DNA of 64,000 bases from Candidatus Multivorans sp. (GTDB lineage: Bacteria; Acidobacteriota; Thermoanaerobaculia; Multivoradales; Multivoraceae): assembly GCA_965220845.1 (NCBI GenBank), contig CBDCRA010000005.1, positions 294,290 through 358,289 on the forward strand. Reading direction: 5' to 3'. A model generated the notes under the pieces. That model saw only the letters and a program-made list of their open reading frames with translations. It did not search any database and was not told where the DNA came from. The translations under genes were made by a program, and so were the position numbers. Position 1 is the stretch's first letter. Every line of letters starts with the position of its first letter. This document shows positions 59,252 to 64,000 of the stretch, piece by piece.

Positions 59252-59677
59252 GTGGGCATCGACACCACGTTCTTCAAGGAGTGCCTCGACCGGCTGGAGG
59301 TCTACTGTCAACTCCTGGACCGCGACCGTGAGGACGAAACGGCTCGCCGGCTCGGGCGAGAGCTCTGCATCGAGCGGTTCGAGGTGGCTCTCGAACAGAG
59401 CGGCAAGCTGTTGAGGAAGACGTTGCGCCCGTGGTTCGCAAGCAACCGGGCAGCGGACCGCCTGACGTTCCGGGACCTGTTTCGGCACGCGGCCAAGCAC
59501 GGCCTGATCGACATGGAAACCGCAGAGCGCTGGCTGACCTACCGGGACAGCCTGAACGGCAGCGGCGAGCCGGACGGTGCCGACCCCGCCGTCGTGGCGG
59601 CGGTGGAGGGCCTGCCTGCCTTCGTCGCCGACGCCCGGGCGCTGGTCGCGGTGGTCGAGCGGGCGCGCGATGACTGA
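59252..59677 (+). CDS. HI0074-like HEPN (nucleotidyltransferase substrate-binding) protein with degenerate RX4HXY motif
   Basis: FEVALEQSGKLLRK and FRDLFRHAAKHGLI, followed by WLTYRDSLNGSGEPD where an RNxxxHxY motif is expected. Confidence 0.8.
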   Translation: MGIDTTFFKECLDRLEVYCQLLDRDREDETARRLGRELCIERFEVALEQSGKLLRKTLRPWFASNRAADRLTFRDLFRHAAKHGLIDMETAERWLTYRDSLNGSGEPDGADPAVVAAVEGLPAFVADARALVAVVERARDD

Positions 59678-61382
59678 ACGCCTCCACCTACTGCCGCGCC
59701 ATCGAGTGCAGCTCGAAGCCCTGCTGCGCGCACACCTCCCCGAAGTGGAGGTCTGGGCCTACGGCAGCCGCGTGAACGGCCAGAGCCACGACGGCAGCGA
59801 CCTGGATCTCGTGCTGCGAGGTCCAGGATTGGAGGAGATCGACGTTTTGGCCCTCGACGACTTCACCCAGGCGCTTCACGATTCGACCATCCCGTTCCTG
59901 GTCGAAGCCCGCGACTGGGCGCGCTTGCCGGAGCGTTTTCATCGGGAGATTAGGGGAGGCTACGTCGTTCTCATCGGGAAGCCAAGACGCGGCGAGTGGC
60001 CTAGGGTCCGAGTCGAGGAGATCGCCGAGAAGGTGGCGATGGGACCCTTCGGTTCTTCGATCAAGGTGGAGACTTATGTGGCCCAAGGCGTTCCCGTCAT
60101 CAACGGGAAGCACCTGCACCGTTGCCGATTGGACGAGGGCGCTGGCTTCAACTACATCAGCGAAGAGCACGCGGATCGTCTCGTGAACGCCAACGTCGGG
60201 CCCGGAGACATCGTGTTCACTCATCGTGGCACGATCGGTCAAGTGTCCATCATTCCTCGCAGTGCTCAACACGACCGCTATGTCGTCTCACAGAGCCAGA
60301 TGTACGTCAGATGTGACGAATCGAGGGTGTTGCCGGAGTTCGCGGCTCAGTGGTTCGCTTCGCCGGAAGGAAGGCATGCGCTCCTTGCAAACACGTCCCA
60401 GGTCGGCGTCCCATCGATCGCACAGCCGGCGAGCTACGTGAAGACAATCCTGATTCCGCTCCCTCCGATTGACGAACAACGAGCCATCGCCCGCATCCTC
60501 AGTACGCTGGACGACAAGATCGAGCTGAACCGGCGAATGAACGAGACGCTGGAGGCGATGGCGCGGGCGCTGTTCAAGTCCTGGTTCGTCGATTTCGACC
60601 CGGTCCGCGCCAGGATGAAAGGCCGGGACACGGGCCTGCCGGAGGACCTCGCCGCTCTGTTTCCCGATCGACTGGTGGACTCCGAGATGGGTGACATACC
60701 GGAGGGGTGGACTTCAGCACCACTGAGAGAGTTGATCGACGTCAATCCCAAGCGACCCCTGCGCCGGGGAGAAGTCGTTCCGTATCTCCCAATGGCTGGC
60801 ATGCCGACACGGGGACACGTCCCGACCGCAGTTGGCACTCGAGCCTTCGGCTCTGGCATGCGGTACGTCAACGGCGATACGCTCGTCGCCCGCATCACAC
60901 CGTGTCTGGAGAACGGAAAGACGGCCTTCGTCGATTTCTTGCGCGAGGGCGAGGTTGGCTGGGGCTCCACGGAGTACATTGTGTTGAAGCCCAAGCCTCC
61001 TCTCCCCGACCAGTTTGCTTACTGCCTTGCACGCAGTGCGACCTTTCGGGAGTTCGCGATTCAGAGTATGAGTGGTACGAGTGGGCGCCAGCGCGTACCG
61101 GCAGCTGCAGTGAAGGAGTTCCTGATCGCTGCTCCTTCCAGACTGATTGCGGAACTGTTCGGGGAGGTCGTTGGGGCACTCTTCGAGCGAGCGAATGGAG
61201 CGGGTCTTGAGTCCCGCACCCTCGCCGCCCTCCGCGACACCCTCCTCCCAAAGCTCGTCTCGGGCGAACTCCGCGTTCGCGACGCCGAGGAGCTCGTCGA
61301 ATCGTCCGCCTCCGCGCCGCAGGCCCCAACTACCGACACCGGTACGCCTCACGAACTGACAGGGCCCGGGCAATGGCGTTAG
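59670..61382 (+). CDS. hsdS: MNT nucleotidyltransferase fused to a type I R-M specificity subunit
   Basis: N-terminal GS-X10-DLD, then two TRDs with PLPPIDEQRAIA...LDDKIELN and LRDTLLPKLVSGELRV, in one uninterrupted ORF. Confidence 0.9.
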   Translation: MTERLHLLPRHRVQLEALLRAHLPEVEVWAYGSRVNGQSHDGSDLDLVLRGPGLEEIDVLALDDFTQALHDSTIPFLVEARDWARLPERFHREIRGGYVVLIGKPRRGEWPRVRVEEIAEKVAMGPFGSSIKVETYVAQGVPVINGKHLHRCRLDEGAGFNYISEEHADRLVNANVGPGDIVFTHRGTIGQVSIIPRSAQHDRYVVSQSQMYVRCDESRVLPEFAAQWFASPEGRHALLANTSQVGVPSIAQPASYVKTILIPLPPIDEQRAIARILSTLDDKIELNRRMNETLEAMARALFKSWFVDFDPVRARMKGRDTGLPEDLAALFPDRLVDSEMGDIPEGWTSAPLRELIDVNPKRPLRRGEVVPYLPMAGMPTRGHVPTAVGTRAFGSGMRYVNGDTLVARITPCLENGKTAFVDFLREGEVGWGSTEYIVLKPKPPLPDQFAYCLARSATFREFAIQSMSGTSGRQRVPAAAVKEFLIAAPSRLIAELFGEVVGALFERANGAGLESRTLAALRDTLLPKLVSGELRVRDAEELVESSASAPQAPTTDTGTPHELTGPGQWR

Positions 61383-63124
61383 ATCCAGCGCAGCTCTGGC
61401 GGCACATCGCCCTTGGCGAGGACACCGAACTGGAGCTCAAGGGCGTTGCCTTCCGGGGTGAAAAGGTCTCCGCGCCCCGCCGGGATGCGCTCGCCGACGA
61501 GCTGGCCGCGTTCGGCAACGGGCGCGGTGGACGCCTGGTCTTGGGCGTGTCGGACGACCGGCGGCCACAGGACCTCGACTCCAGCCAACTCGACGTGCTC
61601 GTGAGCTTCGTTGGGGAGATCTGCACGGACAGCGTCAAGCCGCCTCTCGACTACGGCGTCTACCGCGTGCCGGCCGAGAGCGCGGCCGGCGGCGTCCTGG
61701 TCGTCGAGATCCCGGCGTCCGCGGCCGTGCATCGATCCCCCGGGGGCTACTTCCGCCGCCGGGGCGATCGCAAACAGCAAATGGATGCGGCCGAGATCCG
61801 CCGGCTGTCGCACGCGCGCGGCCAGTCGGACGCCGCTTCGACCGACACGCGGGTGGTTCGGGGTACCGGCGTCAACAGTCTCGCGCGGGACCTTTGGCGG
61901 CGCTACGTCAGCTCCCGGATCGACGATCCGCCCGAGACCTCCCTGAGCAAGCTGAAGTTCGTCAAGACGGATGCCGGCGGCAGCCTGCGGGCGACGATCG
62001 GAGGCGTGCTGCTCGCGTCGGAGGACCCCCGCGAGTGGCTGCCGAACGCCTGGATTCAGGCCGTCGCCTATCGCGGAGACCGGCCGGACGCCGGGCGCCA
62101 GATCGATGCGAGGGAGATCTCCGGCCCTCTCGACCGGCAGATTCGCGAGGCGCTCCGCTTCGTAGCGGCCAACCAGCGCGTGGCGGCGTACAAGGACCCG
62201 GCCCGCACCGACGTGCCGCAGTTCAGCGAGCGAGCCGTCTTTGAGGCTGTCGTCAACGCGGTGGTGCATCGCGACTACGCGGTGTCCGGATCGCGCATCC
62301 GGCTGTTCCTCTTCGAGGACCGGCTCGAGCTGTACTCGCCGGGCGGCCTGTGCAACTCGATGACCCCGGAGGATCTGCGCACAAGCCAGTTCACGCGCAA
62401 CGAACTGCTTGCGTCGCGGCTGGGCCAATGCGCCGTGGGCGACGTGCCCGGGGCGGGCGGCCGGGCGTACTTCATCGAACGCCGCGGCGAGGGAGTGGCC
62501 GTCATCGAGGACGAGACCTTCGCTCTGGCGGGGCGGCGGCCTGTCTTCGAATTGATCGGGGAGCGGGAACTGAAGGTCGTTCTGCCGGCCGCGCGCCCCC
62601 CGGTGGCGGACGGCGTCGCGGCGCGCGTGGCCGCCGCCCGCCGCGACACGGGCGAGCCGTTGCCGGGCGTGCATGTGCTGATGGCGTACCCGAACCGGAC
62701 TTACCGGGAGGCGCGGACGGATGCCTTCGGGAGCGTCGAGTTCCTGCTTCACGAGAGGCTGCCGATGACCGTGCTCTGCGCGGCGGAGGGGTTCGGGGCG
62801 CATGTGGAGCGAAACTGGGCGCCCGACGGACCGCTCGAAGTCCTCATGCGGCCGGCGCCGGACGGGGGTTCGTTGATCATCGCCGACCGCTCGGGAAACC
62901 TCCCCGGCATCCAGGGACGCCTGAACCCGATACTGGACAGGCTTGACCGCACATACCTCTACGCGGACAACGTCGCGATCAACGACGGGCAGACCCAGCC
63001 GGTGCACTTCTCGCTCAACGAGCCGGTGCGCCTCACGGACGCCCTCGGCGCCGCCGCCACGCTCTGGTTCCGCGAGATGATCGGTGCCTCCTGCGTCTTC
63101 GATTTCCGCCGCGAACGGCCGTGA
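61373..63124 (+). CDS. AlbA_2 (Schlafen-like) plus HATPase_c_4 protein with extra C-terminal beta-rich domain
   Basis: GEDTELELK, AAFGNGRGGRLVLGVSD, EAVVNAVVHRDY, DRLELYSPGGL and IERRGEG. Confidence 0.85.
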   Translation: MALDPAQLWRHIALGEDTELELKGVAFRGEKVSAPRRDALADELAAFGNGRGGRLVLGVSDDRRPQDLDSSQLDVLVSFVGEICTDSVKPPLDYGVYRVPAESAAGGVLVVEIPASAAVHRSPGGYFRRRGDRKQQMDAAEIRRLSHARGQSDAASTDTRVVRGTGVNSLARDLWRRYVSSRIDDPPETSLSKLKFVKTDAGGSLRATIGGVLLASEDPREWLPNAWIQAVAYRGDRPDAGRQIDAREISGPLDRQIREALRFVAANQRVAAYKDPARTDVPQFSERAVFEAVVNAVVHRDYAVSGSRIRLFLFEDRLELYSPGGLCNSMTPEDLRTSQFTRNELLASRLGQCAVGDVPGAGGRAYFIERRGEGVAVIEDETFALAGRRPVFELIGERELKVVLPAARPPVADGVAARVAAARRDTGEPLPGVHVLMAYPNRTYREARTDAFGSVEFLLHERLPMTVLCAAEGFGAHVERNWAPDGPLEVLMRPAPDGGSLIIADRSGNLPGIQGRLNPILDRLDRTYLYADNVAINDGQTQPVHFSLNEPVRLTDALGAAATLWFREMIGASCVFDFRRERP

Positions 63125-63157
63125 CGCGCCGTTCGCCATGACCAGGTTCGACCTGAG

Positions 63158-64000
63158 ATGATCGGCGGCGTCGGCGCCTTCTTCACCGAGTCGGAAGTCG
63201 AGGAAGCAGCGCTCGAATGGCTCGACGGCCTGGGCTGGCGGGTGGCCCACGGCCCCAACGTGGCTCCGGGCCGGGTGGCCGCGGAGCGGACCGACTACAG
63301 CGAGGTCATCCTGGAGCAACGGGTGCGCGAAGGCTTGTCGCGGCTGAATCCCGGCTTACCCGCGGAGGCGCTGGATGACGCGTTTCGCAAGCTGGCCCAA
63401 GTCGAGGGCTCGACGCTGGAAGGCCGCAATCGGGCTTTCCACCGCATGATGGTGGACGGCGTGACCGTCGAGTACCGGACCGCTGGAGGCTCGCTTCGGG
63501 GCGCGCAAGTGGCCGTCCTCGACTACGAGTATCCCATCAACAACGACTGGCTGGCGGTCAACCAGTTCACCGTCGTAGACGGCGAGCACGAACGGCGGCC
63601 GGACATCGTGCTGTTCGTCAACGGTCTTCCGCTGGCTGTGATCGAACTCAAGAACCCGGCGGACGAGAAGGCGACTGTATGGACGGCCTGGAACCAGATC
63701 CAGACCTACAAGACCGAGCTTCCGAGCTTGTTCGCCTTCAACGCCGCAGTCATCGTTTCGGATGGCGTCGAGGCGCGAATGGGCACTCTCACCGCGGGGC
63801 GGGAGTGGTTCAAGCCATGGCGCACGATCGGTGGGGAGACCCTCGCCGACCCGGCTCTGCCTCAGTTGCAGGTGATGCTAGAGGGGGTTTGCCAGTGGGA
63901 CCGGTTCCTGGAGTTTGGTTCGCGACTTCGTCGTGTTCGAGGACGACGGCAGTGGCGAGCTGTCCAAGAAGATGGCCGGCTATCACCAGTTCCACGCTGT
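63158..64000 (+). CDS. hsdR: Type I R-M restriction subunit (5' part; apparent frameshift near 63915)
   Basis: Manual translation: [14 protein letters not shown]...NDWLAVNQF...[31 protein letters not shown] continues in the +1 frame; the gene runs off the window. Confidence 0.9.
   Translation, partial: MIGGVGAFFTESEVEEAALEWLDGLGWRVAHGPNVAPGRVAAERTDYSEVILEQRVREGLSRLNPGLPAEALDDAFRKLAQVEGSTLEGRNRAFHRMMVDGVTVEYRTAGGSLRGAQVAVLDYEYPINNDWLAVNQFTVVDGEHERRPDIVLFVNGLPLAVIELKNPADEKATVWTAWNQIQTYKTELPSLFAFNAAVIVSDGVEARMGTLTAGREWFKPWRTIGGETLADPALPQLQVMLEGVCQWDRFLEFGSRLRRVRGRRQWRAVQEDGRLSPVPRC

Overview
High-GC bacterial chromosomal window. The gene content (sulfatases, PQQ enzymes, DUF3604, DUF5916, wHTH-TolB regulator) suggests an Acidobacteriota-like organism, which is inference only. 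Positions 1-31 kb carry housekeeping and periplasmic metabolism genes: HMG-CoA synthase, FGE, ATL, MFS, glyS, aminotransferase, an ECF/anti-sigma/PDZ operon, a NifA-like activator with a sigma54-driven TorF porin, a DHS-like enzyme, msrA, two sulfatases, sulfite dehydrogenase plus cytochrome c, rarA and sodC. Defence island 1 (31-38.7 kb) has vapBC, a Fic remnant, an Abi gene coupled to type III R-M, and an NDT/TIR-like gene. A PQQ/enolase cluster follows, then a TetR locus with three paralogous secreted FG-GAP proteins under duplicated double-operator promoters. Defence island 2 (55.6-64 kb) is a type I R-M locus interrupted by hicAB, a HEPN gene lacking its catalytic motif, an MNT-HsdS fusion and an AlbA2-HATPase gene. 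Non-coding highlights are a candidate sigma54-dependent ~300-nt sRNA, a REP-like palindrome family that appears translated inside signal peptides, and a 177-bp element with perfect 35-bp inverted ends. No rRNA, tRNA, CRISPR array or intact transposase was recognised. All calls are by-eye motif recognition; no searches were run.
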